IMG/VR virus record: IMGVR_UViG_3300038962_000175 | Span: 1-61,479 of that record | Length of the DNA: 61,479 nucleotides | Strand: one strand, 5' to 3' | Origin: a virus | Lineage: Duplodnaviria > Caudoviricetes | Shown: piece after piece, positions 48,043 to 56,680 of the stretch | Layout: each line of letters starts with the position of its first letter | Position numbering within the stretch: position 1 is the stretch's first letter | The notes under the pieces: generated by a model | Told to the model about the DNA's origin: nothing | What the model saw: the letters and a program-made list of their open reading frames with translations, nothing else | The model's database searches: none | Translations under genes and position numbers: made by a program

Positions 48043-48487
48043 CTATTCTTCCTAAGCCTGCTGCATAATTTGGAATTGACGAACTAGAAGTGACGCCATT
48101 GTTGCTTCTATCATATACTTTTATTGACCCATCTTCTAAAATATAAATACAGTCAGCGTCATGGATTGTGATCTGTTTTATATTTTCACGTTTTTGTATC
48201 AACTGGCGATACCCTTGCAGATGGCCATTAAAACTTAGATTGCCATAATGTACCGGCTGTGCCTGAATAGTCCACCCAATGGGAGTCCAAATCCAAACCA
48301 TTTGAACCGGTTTGTAAAATTGATTTATGTATAAATCAGAATGCTGACTATATCCATACGTATCAATTGTTTGTTCTAAATTTCTAACGAAAATCTGAAC
48401 ATCAGCAGCCTCAGATTTTTCTCCAGAAATAAACGGAACTGTGGCAATCGCAGCAACACCCGTTTTAAGAAAGTCTCTTCTATCCAT
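48011..48487 (-). CDS. Twin-arginine (Tat) signal protein
   Basis: Start MDRRDFLKTGVAAIATVPF...SEAA matches the RRxFLK consensus with h-region and AxA-like cleavage site. Confidence 0.75.
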   Translation of the reverse strand: MDRRDFLKTGVAAIATVPFISGEKSEAADVQIFVRNLEQTIDTYGYSQHSDLYINQFYKPVQMVWIWTPIGWTIQAQPVHYGNLSFNGHLQGYRQLIQKRENIKQITIHDADCIYILEDGSIKVYDRSNNGVTSSSSIPNYAAGLGRIDAHYRRRKIR

Positions 48488-48494
48488 TTTTATT

Positions 48495-48668
48495 CTAGCT
48501 CTTTCTAATACTGTCGCCAACAATCCAAGCACCGCCAACCAGCACTAGATTGTTAACCTGATCTTCTGTTAATCCAAGCCCGAGTCCGTCAAATAATACG
48601 AACACGACGCCTGAAACGGCAAGCCAAAATCTTCTTGATTGAGTTAGAGCTACTAGTTTGTCGATCAT
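48495..48668 (-). CDS. Holin-like two-TM peptide, 57 aa (absent from ORF track)
   Basis: MIDKLVALTQSRRFWLAVSGVVFVLFDGLGLGLTEDQVNNLVLVGGAWIVGDSIRKS; strong AAGGAG RBS; SR(R/K)FW motif seen in small holins. Confidence 0.65.
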   Translation of the reverse strand: MIDKLVALTQSRRFWLAVSGVVFVLFDGLGLGLTEDQVNNLVLVGGAWIVGDSIRKS

Positions 48669-48716
48669 GTTGTTCTCCTTTATTAATAGAATTAAGTATC
48701 GTTTATCGCTTTTCCG

Positions 48717-49040
48717 TTAGAGAGAGTCTTTGTTAGCGTAATTCTGTCTAGCAGTAGATCTCTCGCAATCAGGACACATTGGAATTCTTTGTCCATGCAT
48801 TTTCAAATGATGCTGTGTTCTCAAGATGTTCTTTAATATGACAGTATCTCTGTAAACATTTTGTCTGTTCATATTTTCAAGAGCAGCCGCAATTGCTCCA
48901 GCGACTTGAGGTGAACTAACGGGAGTCATCTTGACAGCCGATAGTTTTTTGTCTTTTGCGTCAAGTAAATATAAAGCAACACCTAAGTTGACGGAGACGC
49001 ATACTAAAAAGAGTATAACAAGATTAATTGCTGGCTTCAT
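48717..49040 (-). CDS. Membrane-anchored hypothetical protein
   Basis: N-terminal TM segment, helical middle, C-terminal CPDC. Confidence 0.65.
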   Translation of the reverse strand: MKPAINLVILFLVCVSVNLGVALYLLDAKDKKLSAVKMTPVSSPQVAGAIAAALENMNRQNVYRDTVILKNILRTQHHLKMHGQRIPMCPDCERSTARQNYANKDSL

Positions 49041-49974
49041 TGTCTTCTCTTGTTAGCGGTAGGACTGGAAACTTGATAGAATCTCTAGTCTTAGGATATG
49101 ATTTCAAAGACTTCGGCCCCGGAGGGTTAGACTCTTCTGTGGTCATGGCGGTGATTTTTTCTAGACTGGGGACTTTGACATCTGTATCAATGGCCCATAG
49201 AATACCTTCTTTTTTAGCATAAGATCTCATCCGCCTCACTGGCACGATAAGATTAAAGGTTTCTCCAGCGCCACGAACAAGCATGCCAACATATTGACCG
49301 GCCTTTTCCTTGGTCCTCTCACTAAGGAAAACGCCTCCACCACTTGAACCCGGAAATGCCGTTACCGTAGTTTGGTCGAAAACTACACCATCTCCAGTTC
49401 CCAAGTCTAGAACTCTGCCAACTTGAGAACAAATTCCTCGCGTCATCGAGTTACTCCCAACTTGGCCTAGTAAAGAGCCTACATGATATAACTCAGTGCC
49501 AATGGCGACTGGCTTGCCAGAGTCTTTATAGAAAGTGGTGGTCTTGTCAATAAAACCTTTCTTTCTAACCATCAAAAGAGCCAAGTCTTCTCCGTTTTCA
49601 GCATCGGAATATTTAATAACCTTGGCTTCCATTTTGAATTCACCAACACGTCGTCCGTCTTCAACTAATTCTTTTACAATCTGCGCGTCCTTAAACTCAA
49701 CAACCGTCTGAGGTTTTCCGTCTTTAATAACAACTCTTACAGATCTAAGACCATCAACAACATGCGCCGCCGTCCAAACAAAATTAACCTTCTGTTTGAC
49801 ATTTGGGGAGACTTCGACTTCTCGCGTAACGATTACGCCAGACCCCTCTCCGAAACCGGACTTAACCGTGACGGACACGTCCTGTAGATGCTGGTACAGC
49901 TTATTATCTTGCGCGCTCGCCATGGGCGTCATAGACAATATAGCTACTGTTAGAATGCAAAAAAGCCTTTTCAT
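49024..49974 (-). CDS. Secreted trypsin-like serine protease
   Basis: Signal peptide (ASA|Q), TAAHVV, DLALL, PGSSGGG catalytic triad. Confidence 0.9.
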   Translation of the reverse strand: MKRLFCILTVAILSMTPMASAQDNKLYQHLQDVSVTVKSGFGEGSGVIVTREVEVSPNVKQKVNFVWTAAHVVDGLRSVRVVIKDGKPQTVVEFKDAQIVKELVEDGRRVGEFKMEAKVIKYSDAENGEDLALLMVRKKGFIDKTTTFYKDSGKPVAIGTELYHVGSLLGQVGSNSMTRGICSQVGRVLDLGTGDGVVFDQTTVTAFPGSSGGGVFLSERTKEKAGQYVGMLVRGAGETFNLIVPVRRMRSYAKKEGILWAIDTDVKVPSLEKITAMTTEESNPPGPKSLKSYPKTRDSIKFPVLPLTREDNEASN

Positions 49975-50009
49975 TGTCTTCCTTCCTCGTAATCTTCAGA
50001 TTTAAAAAA

Positions 50010-50798
50010 CTAGTTAACTACTTCTCCACCCTGCATACCTCTTTCCAACTCACGCTGTGGCGTATTGGCTTCGTTCTCGGCAACACCGGGGGCGACAGGT
50101 ACGTTTGGCGTAGCAATAGGACGAAGCTCATCTTCTGTAAACTCACTACCGAGGGCAGGATGCTTGATCCACTCTATGGTTGGAATGTGGCTTACATCAT
50201 AAGTATCAAAGTGAGACTTTGTCAAGAAGAATGGAGAATCTCCATCAAAAATCTTTTCGCAGTCTACCAGAGGAACTTGGAATAGTTCAGCCGACATTAA
50301 GCGATAACCTTCTCTAAATAGTTTCTTCATCTCGACAGCAGTTGATTCTGACCAATCGTTTGCCCAAGTGTTTTCTGATAGCTGGGCAATATTACTGAGA
50401 GCCTGAAGTCCAAGCTCAATCCATCTTCTGCAATAGTCGTTCTTGACATCAAAATATCTAATGGGATAAATCTTGAAAGCTCTACGCTCATGAGTAATAT
50501 GCTGAGCTTCTAGTCTTTCAACATTATCTCTTTTAGTGTTGGTGTCAATTAGTCCGCATAGACGAACAAACATATTGTGATGCTGTTTGACAGCGCCTAG
50601 CGTCGGTGGACCGGGAACAAAGCAATCAGTGCGAACTGAAAAAGCCTGAAGATGCTCCCCAACTTTCTCAAAAACTCTAGCCATGGCTAGGTTATGAGTC
50701 TCTTTGTTGTCGCCAACATTAGGAATGGCCCACTTAACCCCGTTATACATGTAGGGAAGTATAGCGTCGTGAACTGGAATTACTAAATGATCTGACAT
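50010..50798 (-). CDS. Hypothetical protein (cytoplasmic, largely helical)
   Basis: 262-aa ORF with GGAG RBS; no signal peptide and no motif recognised. Confidence 0.7.
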   Translation of the reverse strand: MSDHLVIPVHDAILPYMYNGVKWAIPNVGDNKETHNLAMARVFEKVGEHLQAFSVRTDCFVPGPPTLGAVKQHHNMFVRLCGLIDTNTKRDNVERLEAQHITHERRAFKIYPIRYFDVKNDYCRRWIELGLQALSNIAQLSENTWANDWSESTAVEMKKLFREGYRLMSAELFQVPLVDCEKIFDGDSPFFLTKSHFDTYDVSHIPTIEWIKHPALGSEFTEDELRPIATPNVPVAPGVAENEANTPQRELERGMQGGEVVN

Positions 50799-50810
50799 TA
50801 TTAATGTCTC

Positions 50811-52916
50811 CTATTCTATGTTATGTTTTTCTTTAAGTCTTTGTCTAAGCAATATATCCATTTGCGTCATGGTCATGGTCTGATCATTCTGATACTCATT
50901 AATCAATTCTCCAAATATGGTCATGATCTGTTCCGCCGTAGCGGTTTTTCTAGTGCTAAATGGCACGTTGGGTAGCTGCGGAGGTAATCCGTGAGCCGCA
51001 ACTGGTTGAGGATAGTGGTACTGTTCGACCATCTGTGGCATTGGTAAACCGTATCCAGCAAATCCGGGGTTTAGCCTAAATCCGTTTTTTGCCAAGTCAT
51101 CTATCTCGTGAGTTGTCCTTGGATCTGGCAGTTCTTCTGGAGGCATGATAAAATCGTTTTCATGCTTGTGTTTGTGGGTGTGAATATGCTCATGCTCATG
51201 CACATGCTTTTTTACACCACCCTCATCGTCGTGATGACAACCTCCATCAGGCATTACGGGTATGCTTTCGGGCACATCCTCATCATCAATATCATACCCA
51301 TTATCTACAGATTCTTCCTCCTCTTTTTTCCTTTTTCTTTTTCTTCTTCTGTTGAGCAAAAAGGGAACGCCATATTTTAGAGCAAGCATTCCTATGCTGG
51401 CGCCACCAAGAGTAAAGCTAACATTCTCAACTGCGTTTCCATTACCTCCGGTAGCCTCATCAAGGTAGTGACCTCCACCGTCTTTGAGGTCATTAATAAG
51501 TTTGTCCTTATCGTTCACGAAGCCCAAAAGCTGTTCTATTCTAGAGCTTAGTGACTGTTTTTGTCCTTCAACTTTACCAAGAAGATCTCTTAATCCACGA
51601 ATCTCATCTTGTGAATTTAATAAGTTGCTATTTGTCCCAGAAAGCTCTGCTTTAAGACTCTCTGATAGAGCTTCTAAGTTTGAAAGCTTTTCCTGTAATT
51701 CGGCAATCTTATCCATGTATTGCTGTCGCTCTTCATCAAAATTGTCTGGGGAGTCGGGGTCTACGGGACCACCCGGATCTGGTCTACCGGGCCAAGGATT
51801 AAATCCACCACCACCATCACCCCCTCCTCCATTGGGTGGTTCTGGTCTTGGAGGTTTTGGTGGGGGAGGGCATGGGTTAAGCGGACACCAAGGAAACAGA
51901 CCGTTGCCTTCGTATAACTCTCCAACTCTAATCCCACGATAATACTTTGCTGTGTCTGCATAGCTACCATCTGGAAACTTAAGAATAGGGCAGAACATAA
52001 AGTGACCTTCTTCGGTCTTTCTAAGGCCACCCTCATCTGGAATAACCACATGGTCTTCAATCTTACGATCACAATGAGGGCATCTGCTCAATAATCTTTT
52101 TGGTTTTTTTTGATTATTCTCTGCTTTATCTTCATTGTGAGCGGCGTGTGTTTCTTCCTTTGAAGTAGCTTTAGGTTCGGTTTTTTCTGAAATTACTTCA
52201 TAAGAAGCCTCTATAGCATGACCCTCGCCATTCCCGTCAAGTATTTCGTAAATTTGTTTCAATGATAATCCAGCACCATAATCAGTAGGTCCGTCATCAC
52301 TGTAAGCACCGTCTCCAACTCGCCAAGCAAGAAGAATACCAATACGAGTCTGTATTTCTCCATCCTTGTCTTTAATTAGTATTAAGACTCCACTTCCAGA
52401 CTGACCGCCGATAGGTGCGGCATTAAAGCTGACGGTAGCCCCGTGATTTTGGATCACTCTACCTTTCCAAGCACAGGCCCATTGTGCAGAGGGGCAACCG
52501 CCAGCCATAACTTGATCATTTGACTTAATTACAGTCCCACGAGGGGCTAGAGGAATAACTCTAGGGGGGTATCGACCAAAATACTTTTTTTTAACCGAAA
52601 GGACGGCAAGATCTAATGCAGTACCATCTTTATATGCCGCATACTCTGTCTTGAAGGGTATCATGGCAGATTTATAGCCATCTTGAAAGAATTCCACATG
52701 CCCCCTAGAGGCACGTCCAACGACATGACCATTTGTGAGAATGTAGAAGTTGTTTTCATCTTCAGCAAAGACTATTCCGCTACCTCGGGCATCTCGGGCG
52801 TTTACTCTACACACCGCCTCTAGAGATTCATCCATTGTTAGGGCTTGTGCGATTGCTGTTTCGCTATTTAGCAAAAACCCCAAGAAGAGGGCTGTTAAAA
52901 AAAGGAATTTTTTCAT
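50811..52916 (-). CDS. Membrane-anchored multidomain trypsin-like serine protease
   Basis: Signal peptide, TNGHVV, DLAVL, GGQSGSG; then CPHC, Pro/Gly linker, coiled coil, TM followed by RRRKRKRKK, and an HxHxH tract. Confidence 0.85.
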   Translation of the reverse strand: MKKFLFLTALFLGFLLNSETAIAQALTMDESLEAVCRVNARDARGSGIVFAEDENNFYILTNGHVVGRASRGHVEFFQDGYKSAMIPFKTEYAAYKDGTALDLAVLSVKKKYFGRYPPRVIPLAPRGTVIKSNDQVMAGGCPSAQWACAWKGRVIQNHGATVSFNAAPIGGQSGSGVLILIKDKDGEIQTRIGILLAWRVGDGAYSDDGPTDYGAGLSLKQIYEILDGNGEGHAIEASYEVISEKTEPKATSKEETHAAHNEDKAENNQKKPKRLLSRCPHCDRKIEDHVVIPDEGGLRKTEEGHFMFCPILKFPDGSYADTAKYYRGIRVGELYEGNGLFPWCPLNPCPPPPKPPRPEPPNGGGGDGGGGFNPWPGRPDPGGPVDPDSPDNFDEERQQYMDKIAELQEKLSNLEALSESLKAELSGTNSNLLNSQDEIRGLRDLLGKVEGQKQSLSSRIEQLLGFVNDKDKLINDLKDGGGHYLDEATGGNGNAVENVSFTLGGASIGMLALKYGVPFLLNRRRKRKRKKEEEESVDNGYDIDDEDVPESIPVMPDGGCHHDDEGGVKKHVHEHEHIHTHKHKHENDFIMPPEELPDPRTTHEIDDLAKNGFRLNPGFAGYGLPMPQMVEQYHYPQPVAAHGLPPQLPNVPFSTRKTATAEQIMTIFGELINEYQNDQTMTMTQMDILLRQRLKEKHNIE

Positions 52917-52926
52917 TATAGAATCC

Positions 52927-53010
52927 TCAAGGGACTTTCGCCCTGATTATTGCGCCTAAAATTATAAGTGAAAGAGCAAATCCTATAACAAGGAGAAATA
53001 CATCTCCCAT
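52927..53010 (-). CDS. 27-aa single-TM peptide (absent from ORF track)
   Basis: MGDVFLLVIGFALSLIILGAIIRAKVP; TAATG overlap with the upstream stop. Confidence 0.5.
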   Translation of the reverse strand: MGDVFLLVIGFALSLIILGAIIRAKVP

Positions 53011-53600
53011 TACCAATCCTTTTCGATAGTAAATTTATATTGAAAGATAGATGATCTTGCAAGATCTGCTGGTGTGACAGCGGAGTCGGCTAGGTATGGA
53101 ACTGGGTCAACATACGCGACTCTATATGCATACGCTACAGCAGTACTACACACAAACACATTTGTGGGATCATCGTCTTTTATATTTTGTTCTGCTAATC
53201 TACAAAAGGGTAAATAATGCTTACCCAGCTTCCAAAAATTTTTCCATCCGTAAGGAAGACCTGTGATGTCTTTCATAGCGTCCGCTATTTTATTTGCAAC
53301 ATCATCAGTAAATATATAATCATTGTCTTCAAACTCAATATGTCTAGCCGCTCTAAATACGTCTACGTTGTTGGGATGCGTTTCGATAACTCTTTTAAGA
53401 GATACGGCTCTACCTCCCTTGAATTCTCTAAACTCTACACACTGAAGATCATCGTCGTCCCAGTGAGCCATCCCTACGTGGCTATGAACTCCACTGCTAT
53501 ACCTTTTTATCAACCAAGAAACTAGTCCCTCACCACGAAACAAAAGAACATCTGACTCTTTTATCTGATTTTCTGCTTCGTGGTAAGGAACAAAGTTCAT
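53010..53600 (-). CDS. Permuted NlpC/P60 papain-like amidase (YiiX/YaeF family)
   Basis: DVLLFRG, SHVGM (His first), PY, FVCS (Cys second), VTPADL. Confidence 0.85.
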   Translation of the reverse strand: MNFVPYHEAENQIKESDVLLFRGEGLVSWLIKRYSSGVHSHVGMAHWDDDDLQCVEFREFKGGRAVSLKRVIETHPNNVDVFRAARHIEFEDNDYIFTDDVANKIADAMKDITGLPYGWKNFWKLGKHYLPFCRLAEQNIKDDDPTNVFVCSTAVAYAYRVAYVDPVPYLADSAVTPADLARSSIFQYKFTIEKDW

Positions 53601-53602
53601 AA

Positions 53603-53923
53603 CTATTTCTCTTCTAATTTTTTCTCTATTCTATCCAAAATATCAGCGATCCTTCTTTGGTCGTTGACTATTTGGGTCATAATTTGCTGCATGTCCTTCT
53701 GAGTTTCCGCCCAGCTTCTAGGAACATATACCAAGGGGGTTCCATCAGAGTCCTGACGAGATACTACCTTGTAGGTATGTTGTATCCAGTCCCTTTCTTC
53801 GTCCACCAATAAAGATTTTTGGGGAACGGATTTTAAGATTAAAATCTCAATAACCTTGCCTAATCCCATCACGATAGCTACTATTGCTGCTAGTGTCGGA
53901 ATAGATAAAATGTCTGATTCCAT
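53603..53923 (-). CDS. N-terminal TM plus coiled-coil protein (BhlA/XhlA holin-like architecture)
   Basis: GGAG RBS before MESDIL; hydrophobic LAAIVAIVMGLG; C-terminal ILDRIEKKLEEK. Confidence 0.55.
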   Translation of the reverse strand: MESDILSIPTLAAIVAIVMGLGKVIEILILKSVPQKSLLVDEERDWIQHTYKVVSRQDSDGTPLVYVPRSWAETQKDMQQIMTQIVNDQRRIADILDRIEKKLEEK

Positions 53924-53950
53924 TTCAATGTTCTCCATGGGACAGAGATT

Positions 53951-53986
53951 AAAAGAGGGGGGATGACTATATGGCCCTCCCCCCTC
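53951..53986 (-). terminator. Rho-independent terminator
   Basis: Minus strand GAGGGGGGA...TCCCCCCTC followed by TTTT, just downstream of the 54008-54658 gene. Confidence 0.8.
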
Positions 53987-54007
53987 CATGAAATCAATTG
54001 CAGGTGA

Positions 54008-54658
54008 TTAGCCAGTCTTGGCGTTATAATCATCCTGTGTTGGCGTCTTGCCAGTTTCGAGGTAGACAAGTTCGCCCGGAACTGCCAGAGTTGGCAGGGC
54101 GTCGTCGTCTACTAGGTCACTTGCATTTCCATCGCCAATATCCCAGAAGTGGGTTGTCTTTAACGTAGCAGGAACTCCTGAAATCCAGTTATGTCTTTGG
54201 TTAGCAACGCCAACCCAAGAGAACTGATTAGCAGCCCATTTGGTCAAAGTCTTCGCTCCAAACTGAGTCTGAGCGGAATGAATAGACCTACGGTTAAAGT
54301 CACCCGCACCACTCTGTAGCACGGTGTTGCTGGCTCCGCTAAGGGTAACAGCAACTCTCATCATCACAAACTGTGGATCAGATGAAGTTCTGTCTTTTCC
54401 TGCGGGGGTAAAAGCAAAAGTGCCACCGCTAACCGCCTTTTGTGTGGTGTAAACACCAGCACTAAGCAGTTTTGGTAGGTTCATGCCTCTGTTTGCAACA
54501 ACAGGATCTGTTACGTCCATCACGGCTAGTGCTTTTGTGATGGGGTTTCCTTCTGTGGTGGTGGTAGCATCTGTGATGCCGACCATAGCTCCACCCTGCT
54601 TTTGCGCTGTAAAAGCGCCTCCAGTAGTGTTGAATAAAAATGCTGTGGGAACTGCCAT
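54008..54658 (-). CDS. Ala/Thr/Gly-rich probable virion structural protein
   Basis: Composition typical of virion proteins; flanked by its own upstream gap and downstream terminator. Confidence 0.55.
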   Translation of the reverse strand: MAVPTAFLFNTTGGAFTAQKQGGAMVGITDATTTTEGNPITKALAVMDVTDPVVANRGMNLPKLLSAGVYTTQKAVSGGTFAFTPAGKDRTSSDPQFVMMRVAVTLSGASNTVLQSGAGDFNRRSIHSAQTQFGAKTLTKWAANQFSWVGVANQRHNWISGVPATLKTTHFWDIGDGNASDLVDDDALPTLAVPGELVYLETGKTPTQDDYNAKTG

Positions 54659-54730
54659 TGTAACCGCCTTTCATATATGCGGTTCTTTGATGTCCTTTTA
54701 TTCCTATATAGAGAGATCCAGTCCTAAGAT

Positions 54731-54764
54731 ATTATACACCATTTTGTTGGTGTTCTCTTGTCAA
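54731..54764 (-). promoter_or_regulatory. Candidate promoter (GGTGTATAAT; TTGACA 22 nt upstream)
   Basis: Perfect TATAAT about 73 nt before the ATG; the -35 spacing is non-canonical. Confidence 0.35.
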
Positions 54765-55373
54765 AAGAAGACCACCAGAATATTCTTTAGCCTTTTTGAA
54801 AACCATAAGTTTGTCAAAATACTCGACATCATCGGAATTATTGGAGCTAATGTAGTCAATCTGGCCATTTGGAAATATATATATAGCCCATAATTTTTGT
54901 GAGGATATTTTAGATTTTATGTCGTCAACAGCCAATTTGGTATCAGCATCTAAAGAAAGTTCTTCACGATTTTCCGTATGTTTACCACAAATAGCCCTTT
55001 CTATTTCAATTCTCACATCTTTAAAGTCAAAAAGTTTAGCGACCCCAACAAAAAACCTGTATCGAGTAAGAATCTTAAGAGCCTCAACACCTTCAATTTC
55101 TTCTATTAAGCTTTTTATTTTAGGTGTTATATTGAAGTTCGTATGACCCAACCAGCAATCAAATTGGTTGCTCGGTTTATTTCTATCATACACTTCATAA
55201 ACGCCCATGGGGGTTGCAACTACTTTTGGCAATTCTTGAGATAAAGCCTGTTGTAGTTCTTCCATGGTATATCCCTCTTCTGGATCTAGAGGGTCGGATT
55301 TTGCAACGTCGTAACTCTTATCCTCCACCAAGTCATCTTCCCATTTCTCCCAAGCTAGTTCTCTGTTTGACAT
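54732..55373 (-). CDS. Hypothetical protein
   Basis: 213-aa ORF with GGAG RBS. Confidence 0.7.
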   Translation of the reverse strand: MSNRELAWEKWEDDLVEDKSYDVAKSDPLDPEEGYTMEELQQALSQELPKVVATPMGVYEVYDRNKPSNQFDCWLGHTNFNITPKIKSLIEEIEGVEALKILTRYRFFVGVAKLFDFKDVRIEIERAICGKHTENREELSLDADTKLAVDDIKSKISSQKLWAIYIFPNGQIDYISSNNSDDVEYFDKLMVFKKAKEYSGGLLLTREHQQNGV

Positions 55374-55397
55374 GTCTTTTCTCCAGAGATTTATAGG

Positions 55398-55901
55398 TCA
55401 AAATAGATCGCCACTATCACCCGGTCGCTCAATAACTTCTGTTGGCTTTATCAGTGGCGTTGAGTTTTCTTTCTGCTGCTCTTGCTTAGACACATCAATC
55501 TCCTGCGTTAAGTGTAACTGGTATAGTTCCGTTATTCTAGCGAGAAGATCGGTGTATTCGGCAATATTTTCCTCCTCCTTACATTGATCGTAAATTATCT
55601 CAAGAATATCAGAGGAAAAAGTACCGCAGTTGACGTTAATATATAATTCTGCAAACAGATTCTTTAAATTCGAATCTTCTTTCCAAGAGCAGGTAACGAA
55701 CGTGTTAGCATCTTTGTCAATAAAAAAAGATATCTCCCCAACTACATCTAACTCTTCTTCGGGTTCAGGTTCGGATTCATGTTTTTTTTTAGAAAACAAC
55801 ATCCCCAACCTGTGTAATAATCTCTTCATAATATTCATATTCGCCGTTCTCATTTTTGTACACGTCAACAAAAGTGCTCCACTCGCCCATTTTTGGATCA
55901 A
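55398..55901 (-). CDS. Hypothetical acidic protein (true start probably downstream)
   Basis: ORF in operon; the annotated N-terminus overlaps the upstream gene by more than 100 nt. Confidence 0.55.
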   Translation of the reverse strand: MIQKWASGALLLTCTKMRTANMNIMKRLLHRLGMLFSKKKHESEPEPEEELDVVGEISFFIDKDANTFVTCSWKEDSNLKNLFAELYINVNCGTFSSDILEIIYDQCKEEENIAEYTDLLARITELYQLHLTQEIDVSKQEQQKENSTPLIKPTEVIERPGDSGDLF

Positions 55902-56187
55902 AAACAGAGTTAGCTAGACAAATGTAGTTGAGGTGTAGCTGTGGAAGCTGATTGTCTTCTTTTACCGTTTTGGCACAAACAAATTTGAGATGTGTCCAAT
56001 CAATATCGTAATCAAAATATTCAGAAAATAATTTTTCTACACAGATCAACACATCTTTTGCTCCTGTTAAATAAATGTGCGGTGGCCTCCCTTGGTCTAC
56101 TAAAACTTTCTGTGTGTGAAAGTCACCAGAAGATCCGTATGTCGTCACTCCCAAATTTATTCTTACAGGATATTTAAAGAAGGTCAT
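55789..56187 (-). CDS. Hypothetical protein
   Basis: ORF in operon; likely start MTFFKYP. Confidence 0.6.
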   Translation of the reverse strand: MTFFKYPVRINLGVTTYGSSGDFHTQKVLVDQGRPPHIYLTGAKDVLICVEKLFSEYFDYDIDWTHLKFVCAKTVKEDNQLPQLHLNYICLANSVFDPKMGEWSTFVDVYKNENGEYEYYEEIITQVGDVVF

Positions 56188-56188
56188 C

Positions 56189-56443
56189 CTAGCTTCTTTC
56201 ATTCTGACCAAGAAGACCGTTTAGACGTTCTAAGACGCTCTCTGCGTGGTCATGATCCTCTAACGCCTTCACAGACTCTCCTACAACGTCAGGATGCTCT
56301 CCCACACCAACGGGTTTCGATGTATAGAGGGCAAATCTAGCAAGAGCTTCTGTGCTTTTAGCCACAAAATGCGCGCGAACAGCATCAATTATAAGGTTCG
56401 GTTGCGATTCTATTGATTGTGGGTTTTGTGGTTGTCCTTCCAT
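56189..56443 (-). CDS. Conserved small phage protein (VGxGEHP motif)
   Basis: PVGVGEHPD helical-hairpin pattern recalled from marine T4-like phages; AAGGAG RBS. Confidence 0.6.
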   Translation of the reverse strand: MEGQPQNPQSIESQPNLIIDAVRAHFVAKSTEALARFALYTSKPVGVGEHPDVVGESVKALEDHDHAESVLERLNGLLGQNERS

Positions 56444-56458
56444 TAATCTCTCCTTTTT

Positions 56459-56680
56459 TTAAATATCTCTATGATCCTTACAGCAGGGACAATTATCATC
56501 AAAACATTCTTCCGTACAGTCGCATGGCGTGCAACAAGTCTGGCATTTGCAAACCTTTTCACCATCACTCAACGCTGGGCAGGTGTGTCCTACGTGAAAA
56601 ATTGGACAAAGCTGAAGGCTCCACCCAATAACAACGCCGCTTAAAAGACAGCACCAGTGAGCTTTAAGTAAATTTAGCAT
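56459..56680 (-). CDS. Cys-rich metallothionein-like peptide with hydrophobic N-terminus
   Basis: 14 Cys in 73 aa; CKCQTCCTPCDCTEECFDDNCPCC; GAGGAG RBS. Confidence 0.6.
   Translation of the reverse strand: MLNLLKAHWCCLLSGVVIGWSLQLCPIFHVGHTCPALSDGEKVCKCQTCCTPCDCTEECFDDNCPCCKDHRDI

Noticed and set aside
51161-51870. Low-complexity DNA repeats (CAT/CCA/GGT-rich)
   Set aside because: They simply encode the His-, Pro- and Gly-rich tracts of the protease.
55789-56187. Possible degenerate NUDIX fold
   Set aside because: No Nudix box (GX5EX7REUXEE) is present; the resemblance is only impressionistic.
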